A stretch of 64,000 nucleotides of DNA, taken from positions 448,001-512,000 of the forward strand of contig CAVPCR010000001.1 in assembly GCA_963702435.1 (NCBI GenBank). The letters run 5' to 3'. The first letter of the stretch is position 1; each line of letters begins with the position of its first letter. The DNA is from Candidatus Eiseniibacteriota bacterium. Its GTDB lineage: Bacteria > Eisenbacteria > RBG-16-71-46 > CAVPCR01. The notes under the pieces were generated by a model. The model ran no database searches. It was not told where the DNA came from and was given only the letters and a program-made list of their open reading frames with translations. This document shows positions 1 through 10,456 of this stretch, one piece after another. The translations under genes were made by a program, and so were the position numbers.

Positions 1-119
1 ACGCCCTTGGCCACCACGGCGAGACGCCCGCGCTCCGGCGACAGGAGCTGCACGATGCGGCTCGTTTCTCCGAGCGGATACGAGCGGATGACGATCGCCT
101 CGATCTTCTCGATGCCCAT
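1..119 (-). CDS. recO: DNA repair protein RecO, N-terminal part (runs off window edge)
   Basis: Manual translation MGIEKIEAIVIRSYPLGETSRIVQLLSPERGRLAVVAKG matches the RecO N-terminal OB-fold pattern; usual position downstream of ybeY/CBS genes. Confidence 0.85.
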   Translation of the reverse strand, partial: MGIEKIEAIVIRSYPLGETSRIVQLLSPERGRLAVVAKG

Positions 120-147
120 GCCGTTCCCGCCCTGCCCGCCGCTCCGG

Positions 148-1434
148 CTAGCGCGCCGCGCCGGGCGGGCGCCGCCGCGCCTCGCGCGCCCGGCGGTAGC
201 GCACGGCCAGGATCCGCCGCTCGTCGGCGGCGAGGATCTCGAGATCACCACCCGGGAGCGGCACGTGCTCGTGCGCGTGCGGGATCCGCCCGAGGGTGAA
301 CAGGATGTAGCCGGCGAGGGTCTGGTAGTCGCCCGCCGGGAGGGCGAGGCCGACGAGCTCGTTCACCCGCTCGATCTTCAGGAACGGGTTCAGGACCCAG
401 GTGTCCTCGTCGGCGCGGGTGTACTCGAACTCCGCGCGTTCGGCGTCGGCGGCGACCTCCCCGACGAGTTCCCCGATCAGGTCGTGCAGGTTGGCGATCC
501 CGGCGAGCGCGCCGAACTCGTCCACGACGAGGACGAACGAGGTGCCCTCGGCCCGCATCTCCGCGACGAGATCCGCGACGCGCTTCGATTCGGGGACCAC
601 CTCGGCCGGACGGGCGTGGAGATCCACGTAGTCGCTCGGCGGAACGCCGAGAAGATCGGCCACGCTCACCGTCACCCCGACGTCGTCGAGCGACAACCCG
701 TAGACCGGGTACGTGCCGCGCCGGGTCGTGCGCACGATGCGCGCGAGCTCGCCGACCGTCGAGCCGCTCTCGACGCCGACCACCTCGGCACGCGGGGTCA
801 TCACCTCATCCACGGTGGCCGCGACGAAGGCGAGCACATCGCGGAGCCCCGACGGCGCGGGCGGCGGCGCAACACCCGGTGCGGGGAGCGGGGCGGCGGG
901 CGGCCGCGGCGCGGGAGCCGGCGCGCCGGGCGGCGCCGCCGGCGGCACGAACGGCGGCACGAACGGCGCCACGATCAGATCCGCGGCCCGCGCCAGCGGA
1001 TGGAACACGCTCGCGAGCGCGCGCACGGCGGGTGTGGTCCGGCCGAGGATCCGGGCCTCCCGGCCGGCGGCCAGCCGCTCGGGCCAGAAGACACCGAGGA
1101 GCGCGGCCAGGACCGCGCAGGCGACGAGGATCGCCGCTTCCCGCGTGCCGCCGCCGAGGAGCGGCGCCAGCGCGGTGGCGGCCGCCGCGAGCGCCACGAC
1201 CGCGCCCGCCTCGAGGTCTCGCGCCGCGCGCACGAAGCGGGCGAGCACCTCGCGGATCGGCGCCCCCGCGTTGGCCTGGTCCTCGGCATCCGCGGGGGCC
1301 GGCGCCCGTTCTGCATCCGGCCAGGCCAGCGTTTCGGGATCGAGCCTGCGGATCGAGACCGCGAGGAGGCGAAACCAGCCCGACGCCACGAGGGCGACGA
1401 GCGCGAACGCGAGGGCGAGCGCGGACCCGGTCAT
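148..1434 (-). CDS. Hemolysin/CNNM-family protein: TM region, CBS pair, CorC_HlyC domain
   Basis: VMTPRAEV, LVVDEFGALAGI and YQTLAGYI motifs; start trimmed to ATG 1434 (MTGSALAL), overlapping the upstream stop. Confidence 0.85.
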   Translation of the reverse strand: MTGSALALAFALVALVASGWFRLLAVSIRRLDPETLAWPDAERAPAPADAEDQANAGAPIREVLARFVRAARDLEAGAVVALAAAATALAPLLGGGTREAAILVACAVLAALLGVFWPERLAAGREARILGRTTPAVRALASVFHPLARAADLIVAPFVPPFVPPAAPPGAPAPAPRPPAAPLPAPGVAPPPAPSGLRDVLAFVAATVDEVMTPRAEVVGVESGSTVGELARIVRTTRRGTYPVYGLSLDDVGVTVSVADLLGVPPSDYVDLHARPAEVVPESKRVADLVAEMRAEGTSFVLVVDEFGALAGIANLHDLIGELVGEVAADAERAEFEYTRADEDTWVLNPFLKIERVNELVGLALPAGDYQTLAGYILFTLGRIPHAHEHVPLPGGDLEILAADERRILAVRYRRAREARRRPPGAAR

Positions 1435-2441
1435 GCCTCTGCTCCCGGGGAGCCGGCATCCGCGAGGTCGCCGGGAGCGGCCGGATCGTCCGCTTCCGGC
1501 GCCGCGAGGAGCCAGCCGATCACGTCGGCGAGCGTCACGAGTCCGCTGATCTCCCCGCTCGCCTCGCGCACGAGCGACATCGCGCCGTATCCGTGTCGCC
1601 ACTCCGCGAGCAGGGTGCCGAGCGTCGTGTCCGGGCCGACGATCGATGGCTCGCGCGCGATGGCGCCGAGATTGGGGGCAGCCACGAGGCCCTGCTCGAC
1701 GAGGAAGAGATCCTTGAGATGCACGACGCCGACCACGTCGTCGAGATCCCGCCCGCACACGGGAAGCCGGCTGTGCCGGCCGGCGCGCATGCGCTCGACC
1801 GCCACCGGCACCGCATCACGGAGCCCGACCCAGGCGATGGCGGCGCGCGGTCGCATGATGGCGGTGACCGGCGTCTCGCGCAGGTGGAGCACGCGCCCGA
1901 GGAGGAGCCGTACTTCCGCCGTTTCGACCGCGCTCTCGAGCGCGGTCTCCGCGCTGGCGTCGAGGAGTCGCCCGAGGAGCTTCGCCTCGTCGGCCGCCGG
2001 TTCCGCCTCCGGCAGCGCCGCGCGCCGGCGCACGAGATGCGCGACCAGCGGACGGAAGGGATAGGCGAATCGCCCGAGCCACGGCCCGGGCGCTCGCGGC
2101 GGGCGCCGCGCCCGGGCGGCGCCGAGCCGCGCCGGGAGCGCGAGGCCGAACACGAGGCCGGCTGCGGCCGCGGCGGCGAAGGCCGCGCCGGGAGTGGGCA
2201 CCAGCGCGCGGACGACCTCCGCGACGAGGAGAAGCGCGGGCCCGAGGAGCGCGAGCGACAGGATCTCGGCGGTCAGGGCCGGGGCGAGCGCCGGTTCCGG
2301 CCCGGCGGCGACGCCCGGCGCCGCGGCGCGCCGCGCGGCGAGCGCCAGGGCCAGGGCGCGCGCCATGGCGGCGAGGACGAGGAGCCCGAGGGCAAGTCCC
2401 GCCTCGATCCAGAGCCCGGTGGCCGGAGGTCCGCCGCTCAT
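1431..2441 (-). CDS. CBS-domain membrane protein (hemolysin-like, no CorC_HlyC tail)
   Basis: IMRPR, HSRLPV, VGVVHLKDL and GLVTLADV motifs; N-terminal hydrophobic segments. Confidence 0.8.
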   Translation of the reverse strand: MSGGPPATGLWIEAGLALGLLVLAAMARALALALAARRAAAPGVAAGPEPALAPALTAEILSLALLGPALLLVAEVVRALVPTPGAAFAAAAAAGLVFGLALPARLGAARARRPPRAPGPWLGRFAYPFRPLVAHLVRRRAALPEAEPAADEAKLLGRLLDASAETALESAVETAEVRLLLGRVLHLRETPVTAIMRPRAAIAWVGLRDAVPVAVERMRAGRHSRLPVCGRDLDDVVGVVHLKDLFLVEQGLVAAPNLGAIAREPSIVGPDTTLGTLLAEWRHGYGAMSLVREASGEISGLVTLADVIGWLLAAPEADDPAAPGDLADAGSPGAEA

Positions 2442-2989
2442 CGCTCGATCGCGGTGACGAGCCGATCGATCACGGCCGCGCTCCGCCCGAGGATCGCATG
2501 CTCGACGGCGCGCATCCGCCGCCGATCGCCGGTGCGCTGGTGATCGAAGCCCCTGAGATGCAGGAGGCCGTGGACGACGAGACGCGCGAGCTCGCGCGCC
2601 GGCGCATGGCGATAGCGGCGCGCCTGCACGAGCACGCGCTCGGCCGCGATCACCACCTCGCCGCTCCGCGGCTCGCCGGGGATGCGCGCGGCGCGGAGAT
2701 CGAACGACAGGACGTCGGTCGTGCGATCCAGACCGCGGAACGTGTGGTTCAGGCGGCGCATCGCCGGATCGTCGACGAGGACGAGACTCACCGCGTCGTA
2801 CCCGCAGTCGGCGTCTGCCCCGCGGGCGGCACCGGCGACCCGCGCGGCTCCCGCCCGGCGATCGGCGTCCGCCCCGCGCAGAGCGGGTCGCTCCGGCTCA
2901 GGCGCCGCGAGTGCGATGAGGGCGATCTTCCGGAGCGCGCTCCTCGAGACGGCGAGGCGGTGCTGCCGGCTCTCGATCCACACCCGCAT
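2438..2989 (-). CDS. ybeY: rRNA maturation endoribonuclease YbeY
   Basis: LNHTFRGLDRTTDVLSF and VHGLLHLRGFDH (HxxxHxxxxDH); GAGGAGG SD upstream. Confidence 0.95.
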   Translation of the reverse strand: MRVWIESRQHRLAVSRSALRKIALIALAAPEPERPALRGADADRRAGAARVAGAARGADADCGYDAVSLVLVDDPAMRRLNHTFRGLDRTTDVLSFDLRAARIPGEPRSGEVVIAAERVLVQARRYRHAPARELARLVVHGLLHLRGFDHQRTGDRRRMRAVEHAILGRSAAVIDRLVTAIER

Positions 2990-5387
2990 CCGCGTCCTCC
3001 TCCTCGTCCTCGCGCTCGAAGACGGCCACCGACTCGTCGCCGTCGGGGAGCTCGACCCCGCGCCGGAGCGGGCGCTTCGGGTCGCGCTTCGCGTCGCGTC
3101 CCTCGCCCCGCCCGAGCGGCGCCACCTCGCCCTGCGGTCCGCCCACCGCTCCCTCGCTCTCCATGCGCCGGGTGCGCAGCGCCGCCTCCGGGTACTGGAT
3201 GCGGCCGTGGAAGAAGCGATCGAGGACGGCGATGAACGAATCGCGTACGCGGGCCAGGTCGGCGAGCGTCAGGCTCGACCCGTCGAGCTGCCCGTCCTCG
3301 GCGCGCTTGTCGATGATCCGCTTGACCACGGTGCGGATGCGCCCCGGGGTTGGATCCTCGAGCGAGCGGGCGGTCGCCTCCACCGAATCGGCGAGCATGA
3401 CGATCGCCGTCTCCTTCCGGCTCGGGCGCGGCCCCGGGTAGCGGAAGTCCGATTCCTCGATCGCCGGGTCGCGGTCCTGGGCCTTGTGATAGAAGAACGA
3501 CATGAGATTGGTGCCGTGGTGCTCGGGAATGAAGTCGACGATCTCGGGCGGCAGCCCCGCCTCGCGCGCCATCTGGATGCCGTCGCGCACGTGCGCGCCG
3601 AGGATCAGGCAGCTCATGTTGGGCGTCAGGTTGTCGTGCCGGTTCTTGCCGGTCTGGTTCTCGACGAAGTACTCGGGGAGCTGCATCTTCCCGATGTCGT
3701 GATAGTAGGCGCCCACCTGCGCGAGGAGCGGATTCCCGCCTGCCGCCTCGGCCGCCTCGCGCGCGAGCTCGGCCACCAGCATCGAGTGGTGGAAGGTGCC
3801 CGGGGCCTCGATCACCATGCGCTTCAGGAGCGGGTGATTGCGATCGAGGAGCTCGATCAGGGTGAAGTTGGTGGTGATCCGGAAGATCTTCTCGAGGATG
3901 GGCAGGAGCACGATCGCCACCACGCCGGCGAGACCGGCGCCGAGGATGCCGAGAACGCCCTTGGCGAGGACGCCCGACACCGGCTCGCGGGTGGCGAGGC
4001 CGATCGCGACCGCGGTCAGCACGTTGACGAGCGCGACGACCAGGACCGGCTGATAGAGCTCGTGCCGGCGCTTCAGGTTCTCGGCCGCGAACACCGCGCC
4101 GACGCCGCCGACCGACGCGGCAAGCAGGAACTCGATCGAGAAACCCTTGAGCAGGATCAGGAACACCGGCGCCAGGAAGGCGAGGAAGAGCGCCACCCCG
4201 CGCGGGAGGAGGATCGCGGCCAGGAGCGGCGACAGGGCGATCGGCACCAGGAACGCCTGCTGGTGGAAGTGATCGACCAGGAGCCAGGTCGCGATGACGG
4301 GGAGCACGCCGAGCGTCGCGAGGAGCGCGAGCAGGCGGAGGTCGCGATGCACGTGCGGCTGCTGGAAGCGGAGATAGGCGAGGAAGGCGAAGAGGAGGAG
4401 CGCCATCGCCCCGAAGCGGCCGGCCCCGGCGAGGAGGCCGCCGCCCAGCTCGCCGCCGATCGCGAGCTCGCGCCGGTGCGCTTCCATCGAGCGCAGATTG
4501 AGGAGCTGCTCGGCGGTGATCCGCTCGTGCGAATCGATGATGCGCTCCCCGCGCGCCACCATGCCGACGATCGACGGCACGTCCCGCTTCGCCTGCTCGG
4601 TGCGGCGCTGGGTCTCCGCCGGATCGTAGACGGCGGTCACCCTGATGAAGGGCAGGACGAGCTCGTGGAACGCATCGCGCGCCGCCGGATCCTCCGCCCG
4701 CGCCTGATCGGCGGCGGCCGCCGCCGCGGCGCGGGCCGCGGGCACTGTGGTGACCTCGGCGGCCGGCCGGTAGAAGTCGCCGGCGCCGCGCCGGGCGTTC
4801 ACGACATCGTGACCGGCGAGAAGGGGTGCAGCGGCCGGATCGACGATGGGAACGGCGAGCGCGCGCTCGACATAGGCGGCGGCCTCGGCGATCGTCGCCT
4901 GTCCCTCGCGCGTGCAGAGGAAGGCGAGCGAGCCCTGGCTCAGGCTCACGCCGAGGGCGCGCTCGAGCGCGGCGCCGAGCTCGGCCGGCGGCAGGTTCTC
5001 CGACGGCGGCCGCACGAGCTCGCGGCCGAGCCGGCGGAGCTTCTGCGCGGCGCCGGTCGCCAGCGCCGGGTCGAACTCGAGGACCGGCGGCACCGCCCGC
5101 GCCGCCTCGGCCCGCGCCCGCTCGAGCTCGCTCGACTCGCGATAGATGGGGAACGAGAAGGGGGCGATCACCTCCTTCTCCGAGATCTCCCCTTCGCGGA
5201 GGTCGAGCGCGATCTCCTCATCGGCGAGCGGAAAGAGGAGATGAGCGACCAGCGGCACGACCAGGAAGAGCGCCGTGCGGAGACCGATGCGGAGCGCGCG
5301 CGGCATCTCGCGGTCGTCGAGGAGGCGACGGCGGAGCTGCTTCTCCTTGTTCTTGCCCTTGAGCGTGAACGGCCACGGGAACGGCAT
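2898..5387 (-). CDS. 7TM-HDIG phosphohydrolase (PgpH-like, putative cyclic-dinucleotide phosphodiesterase)
   Basis: Extracellular domain, about 7 TM helices, then EAPGTFHHS, YYHDIGK, EHHGT, FRYPGPRP, MLADSVEA; sits between phoH and ybeY as usual. Confidence 0.92.
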   Translation of the reverse strand: MPFPWPFTLKGKNKEKQLRRRLLDDREMPRALRIGLRTALFLVVPLVAHLLFPLADEEIALDLREGEISEKEVIAPFSFPIYRESSELERARAEAARAVPPVLEFDPALATGAAQKLRRLGRELVRPPSENLPPAELGAALERALGVSLSQGSLAFLCTREGQATIAEAAAYVERALAVPIVDPAAAPLLAGHDVVNARRGAGDFYRPAAEVTTVPAARAAAAAAADQARAEDPAARDAFHELVLPFIRVTAVYDPAETQRRTEQAKRDVPSIVGMVARGERIIDSHERITAEQLLNLRSMEAHRRELAIGGELGGGLLAGAGRFGAMALLLFAFLAYLRFQQPHVHRDLRLLALLATLGVLPVIATWLLVDHFHQQAFLVPIALSPLLAAILLPRGVALFLAFLAPVFLILLKGFSIEFLLAASVGGVGAVFAAENLKRRHELYQPVLVVALVNVLTAVAIGLATREPVSGVLAKGVLGILGAGLAGVVAIVLLPILEKIFRITTNFTLIELLDRNHPLLKRMVIEAPGTFHHSMLVAELAREAAEAAGGNPLLAQVGAYYHDIGKMQLPEYFVENQTGKNRHDNLTPNMSCLILGAHVRDGIQMAREAGLPPEIVDFIPEHHGTNLMSFFYHKAQDRDPAIEESDFRYPGPRPSRKETAIVMLADSVEATARSLEDPTPGRIRTVVKRIIDKRAEDGQLDGSSLTLADLARVRDSFIAVLDRFFHGRIQYPEAALRTRRMESEGAVGGPQGEVAPLGRGEGRDAKRDPKRPLRRGVELPDGDESVAVFEREDEEEDADAGVDREPAAPPRRLEERAPEDRPHRTRGA

Positions 5388-5391
5388 GGCG

Positions 5392-6417
<1,026 letters not shown>

Positions 6418-6499
6418 GGGACTCCGGGTCACCGCGGCCGGCGCCGGGCGGATCCCCCCGCCTCGCGCTCCGCCCCGACAACGGACAGCCAGGAGAAGC

Positions 6500-6682
6500 A
6501 AAGAGGAAAACCCGCGCGCCGCCGCTCCGGCGCCGCCCACGGTCTTCCTCTACGCGCGCTGGTCTTCCACCTTGATCGTGGGATCGGATGGCGGCTCCCT
6601 GCCGCGGTGCCTTGCGGCCCGGCCCGGCGCGGCCCGGGCTTCCCTGGACGAGCTTCATAGGAGTCCGCTCGGCTCCATCCGG
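6500..6682 (-). ncRNA. Candidate 6S RNA (about 180 nt rod-like RNA)
   Basis: Own promoter; 5' and 3' ends pair; GGGA...UCCCAC central motif; terminator-like end; lies right after aspS. No covariance model was run. Confidence 0.45.
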
Positions 6683-6686
6683 ATTC

Positions 6687-6716
6687 ACGCTAGCGCGGCC
6701 CGCGCCGGGGTGTCAA
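6687..6716 (-). promoter_or_regulatory. Sigma70-type promoter TTGACA-N18-TAGCGT
   Basis: Read directly in the aspS-phoH intergenic region. Confidence 0.6.
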
Positions 6717-6747
6717 GGCGCCGGCCCCCGCGCGCGGCCGCGCTCAT

Positions 6748-8634
6748 CTAGGCCAAGTCGCTTTCCATCAAGCGGATATGAAGATCGCGCAGGTCCGCCG
6801 GCGGCACCGCCGCCGGAGCCTCGTCCATGAGCGAGGTCGCCCGCGCGGTCTTCGGGAAGGCGATCGTCTCCCGGATCGAGCTCCGCCCGGCGAGGAGCAT
6901 GACCAGCCGGTCGACGCCGAGGGCGATCCCGCCATGCGGCGGCGCCCCGTAGTCGAAGGCGCCGAGGAGGAAGCCGAAGCGCTCCTCCATCTCCGCATGG
7001 TTCATCCCGATCACGGCCATGATCCGCTCCTGGATGTCGCGGCGATGAACGCGGATCGAGCCCGAGCCGAGCTCGACCCCGTTCATGACGAGATCGTAGA
7101 GCTCGGCGTGCACCGCCCCCGGATCGCTCTCCAGGCGCTCGAGATCGGCCGCGAGCGGCATCGTGAACATGTGGTGAGCGGGCGTCCAGCGCCCGCTCTC
7201 CTCGTCCTGCTCGAAGAGCGGGAACCGGTGGATCCAGTGGAAGACATGGCGGACCGGCTCCCCCGCGAGGAGACGGCGCACGACCTCGCCGCGCACCTGG
7301 CCGAGGGCGGTCGCCGCGACCCGGCGGCGGGCGGCGACGAAGAAGAGAAGATCGCCGTCGGCGGCGCCCGCCGCCCGCGCCAGGGCGTCGCGCGCGGGAG
7401 CGAGGAACTTCGCGATGCCGCCGGCGAGCGCGCCGCCTTCGAGCCGCGCCCAGGCGAGCCCCTCGGCGCCGGCGCGCGTGGCGAGCGGGGTGAGCTCCTC
7501 GTCGATCACGCGCCGCGAGGCCCAGGCGGCGCCCGGCACGCGGAGGCAGAGGACCCGGCCGTCGGCGGCGCCCGCCGCGGCGCGGAAGGGCCGGAACTCG
7601 AGCCCGCCTGCGATCGCCGTCACGTCGGCCATCGGCAGGTCGAGGCGGAGATCGGGCTTGTCCGAGCCGTAGCGGCCGATCGCGTCTTCGTAGGCGAGGC
7701 GCGGGAAGGGTGTGGCGATCTCGACCCCGACCGCTTCCCGGAGGGCCGCCGCCATGAAGGTCTCGACCACGCGGAAGACGTCCTCCTCGCCGGCGAAGCT
7801 CATCTCGAGGTCGATCTGGCTGAATTCGGGCTGGCGGTCGGCCCGCGGATCCTCGTCGCGCAGACAGCGCGCGATCTGGTAATAGCGATCGCAGCCCGCC
7901 ACCATCAGGATCTGCTTGTACAGCTGAGGAGATTGCGGCAATGCGTAGAATTTCCCGGGGTGGAGGCGGGACGGGACGATGTAGTCGCGCGCGCCCTCGG
8001 GCGTGGGCTTGACGAGGAGCGGGGTCTCGATCTCGAGGAAACCCATGCCGTCGAGCGCGGTGCGCACCGCGCCCACCAGCCGGTGGCGGAGCGCGAGGAT
8101 CGACTGGAGCCGCTCGCTCCTGAGCTCGAGGAAGCGATAGCGGAGCCGCAGGTCCTCGGCGGTCGCCGGATCGTCCTCGGCGACCGAGAACGGGAGCGGC
8201 AACGCGCTGTTCAGAACGCGGAGCGCCTCGACCTCGACCTCGATCGCGCCGGTCGGCATCCCGGGGTTCTCCTGCCCCGCCGGCCGCGCCGCGACCGTGC
8301 CGCGCACGCCGATCACGAACTCCTGGCGGAGGAGGTTGGCGCGGGCGAGCGTCGCCTGATCCACGCGCTCCGGACGCACCACCGCCTGCGTCCGTCCGTG
8401 GCGGTCGCGGAGATCGATGAACTTGACGCCGCCGAGATCGCGGATCCGGTTCACCCAGCCGAGGAGCGTGACGGTGCGCCCGACGTCCGCGGCGCGGAGA
8501 TCGCCGAGCGTGTGCGTTCGCCGGAGGTCGCCGAGCGGCTCGAGCGCGTTCTGCTCCGCCTCGCGCGCCCTCTGCTCGGCCGCGTGCGCCGCCGCGGCCA
8601 CCGGGTTCTCGACGCCGATCCGTTCGTCCTTCAT
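6748..8634 (-). CDS. aspS: Aspartate--tRNA ligase
   Basis: DLRLRYRFLELR, TPEGARDY, ALPQSPQLYKQ, DRQPEFSQIDLEMSF, GAPPHGGIALG; TGATG coupling to hisS. Confidence 0.98.
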   Translation of the reverse strand: MKDERIGVENPVAAAAHAAEQRAREAEQNALEPLGDLRRTHTLGDLRAADVGRTVTLLGWVNRIRDLGGVKFIDLRDRHGRTQAVVRPERVDQATLARANLLRQEFVIGVRGTVAARPAGQENPGMPTGAIEVEVEALRVLNSALPLPFSVAEDDPATAEDLRLRYRFLELRSERLQSILALRHRLVGAVRTALDGMGFLEIETPLLVKPTPEGARDYIVPSRLHPGKFYALPQSPQLYKQILMVAGCDRYYQIARCLRDEDPRADRQPEFSQIDLEMSFAGEEDVFRVVETFMAAALREAVGVEIATPFPRLAYEDAIGRYGSDKPDLRLDLPMADVTAIAGGLEFRPFRAAAGAADGRVLCLRVPGAAWASRRVIDEELTPLATRAGAEGLAWARLEGGALAGGIAKFLAPARDALARAAGAADGDLLFFVAARRRVAATALGQVRGEVVRRLLAGEPVRHVFHWIHRFPLFEQDEESGRWTPAHHMFTMPLAADLERLESDPGAVHAELYDLVMNGVELGSGSIRVHRRDIQERIMAVIGMNHAEMEERFGFLLGAFDYGAPPHGGIALGVDRLVMLLAGRSSIRETIAFPKTARATSLMDEAPAAVPPADLRDLHIRLMESDLA

Positions 8635-10034
8635 CAACGTGTCCCCTCCTCGGCGACAGGCGCCGCGCTCCCCCGCCGCTCCGCACCCCCGCGCCGCTCC
8701 CCCGCGGCGAGAAGCTCCGCCGCGGCCTTCACGAACGCGGCGCGCGGGACGGCGGCCCCTTGCATGCCGCTCCGGAGATCCTTGATCGCCACCGTGCCGC
8801 CCGCGAGCTCGTCCGCGCCCGCGATCGCGACCAGCGGAATTCCCCTCCGATCGGCGTAGCGGAGCTGGCGATCGAGCCGGTGATCCTCCAGATAGAGCTC
8901 GGCCGCCACCCCGCCCGCCCTGAGCTCCTCGGCGAGCCGCAGGTACTCGACCCAGCGCGTCGCATCGAGCACCGCCACGAGAACCTGCGCCGTGGACTGG
9001 TTTTTCGCGGAGAGCCCGAGCCGGGTCAGGGCGTCGAGGAGCCGATCGAGTCCGAGCGAGGCGCCCACTCCCGGCATGACGTCGCGCGTGTAGAGCGACG
9101 CCAGGTCGTCGTAGCGGCCGCCCGAGCAGACGCTGCCGAGATCCGGCTCGTCGCCGAGCACCGTCTCGTAGATAGTGCCCGTGTAGTAGTCGAGGCCGCG
9201 CGCGAGCGCGAGATCGATCTTGTAGCGCGCCGGCGGCACGCCGGCCGCCTGGAGCCCGCCCGTCACCACCCGGAGCCGCTCGATCCCCGCGCCGGCCGCC
9301 GGGTGGCCGCCGAAGCGGACGGCGAGACGGTCGAGGAGGTCGGCCGGAGCGCCGCCCTCCGCGGCGAAGGCGAAGATCGCGTCGATCGCCGCCGGGCTCG
9401 CCCCGGCCGTCGCCGCCATCTCGCGCGCGACTTGGTCCCGCCCGACCTTGTCGAGCTTGTCGAGCGCGCGAAGGACGGGCGCCGACGCCGCGGCGAGGTC
9501 GAGCTCGTCGAGAAGCCCGGCCAGGATGCCGCGGTCGGAGAGCCGCTGCTCGAACCGCTCGACGCCGAGCGAGGTGAGGAGCCGGTCGATGACGAGCGCG
9601 GTTTCCAGATCCGCGAGCGGGGAGCGCGTCCCGATCGTGTCGAAGTCGCACTGCCAGAACTCGCGGAAGCGCCCGCGCGCCGTGTTCTCGCCGCGCCACA
9701 CCGGCCCCAGGTGGTAGCGCTTGAACGGCATGCCGAGCTGGCGCCCGTGCTGGGCGGCGAAGCGGGCGAAGGGCACGGTGAGATCGAAGCGCAGAGCGAC
9801 GTCGCGCCCGCCCTGATCGGTGAAGCGGTAGAGCTGCTTGTCCGACTCGCCGCCGCCCTTGCCGAGGAGGATCTCGGTGTACTCGAGCGCCGGGGTGTCG
9901 ATGGGAACGAATCCGAAGGACCGGAAAACCCCGCGGATCACGTCCACCATCGCCTCCTTGGCGATCATCAGGTCGGGCGTGAAATCACGGAAGCCCCTGA
10001 GGGTGCGCGGCTCGATCCGCGCCGGATCGCTCAT
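8634..10034 (-). CDS. hisS: Histidine--tRNA ligase
   Basis: LRFDLTVPFAR, GRFREFWQCDFD, RGLDYYTG, GGRYD. Confidence 0.98.
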   Translation of the reverse strand: MSDPARIEPRTLRGFRDFTPDLMIAKEAMVDVIRGVFRSFGFVPIDTPALEYTEILLGKGGGESDKQLYRFTDQGGRDVALRFDLTVPFARFAAQHGRQLGMPFKRYHLGPVWRGENTARGRFREFWQCDFDTIGTRSPLADLETALVIDRLLTSLGVERFEQRLSDRGILAGLLDELDLAAASAPVLRALDKLDKVGRDQVAREMAATAGASPAAIDAIFAFAAEGGAPADLLDRLAVRFGGHPAAGAGIERLRVVTGGLQAAGVPPARYKIDLALARGLDYYTGTIYETVLGDEPDLGSVCSGGRYDDLASLYTRDVMPGVGASLGLDRLLDALTRLGLSAKNQSTAQVLVAVLDATRWVEYLRLAEELRAGGVAAELYLEDHRLDRQLRYADRRGIPLVAIAGADELAGGTVAIKDLRSGMQGAAVPRAAFVKAAAELLAAGERRGGAERRGSAAPVAEEGTR

Positions 10035-10456
10035 CTGAATCTCTCCGTGTGCTTGCTTTCCGCCCGGTCCGCTCCGCGCCGCCGGCGCCACCACGTGAAT
10101 CCGCCGCCCAGGGCGACGCCGAGGAGGTCGGCGATCGCATCGGCCGGCGTCGGCTGGCGTCCGGGGACCGTCCGTTGATAGGCCTCGTCGGCCGCCGCGA
10201 CGAGGACTCCGAGGAGGATCACGGCCGCGATCAGCCGGGTGCCCCCGAGCCGGAGCTCGGCCGCCCGGAAGAGCACCACCCCGAGCCCGGCGTACTCGAG
10301 CGCGTGCACGAGCTTGTCGAGGTGCTCGATCCGGGGGCCCGAGGGCGGATGCTGCCAGCTCGAGAGGGCGAAGATGAGCGCGACGTAGGCGAGGACCGCC
10401 AGGAGGCGCCCGGTCCCTCCCGCCGAGACGGCCGCGCCGCGACGCGGCGGGCTCAC
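10031..10456 (-). CDS. VanZ-family membrane protein
   Basis: DKLVHALEYAGL, DEAYQRTVPGR, DAIADLLG. Confidence 0.9.
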   Translation of the reverse strand: MSPPRRGAAVSAGGTGRLLAVLAYVALIFALSSWQHPPSGPRIEHLDKLVHALEYAGLGVVLFRAAELRLGGTRLIAAVILLGVLVAAADEAYQRTVPGRQPTPADAIADLLGVALGGGFTWWRRRRGADRAESKHTERFR

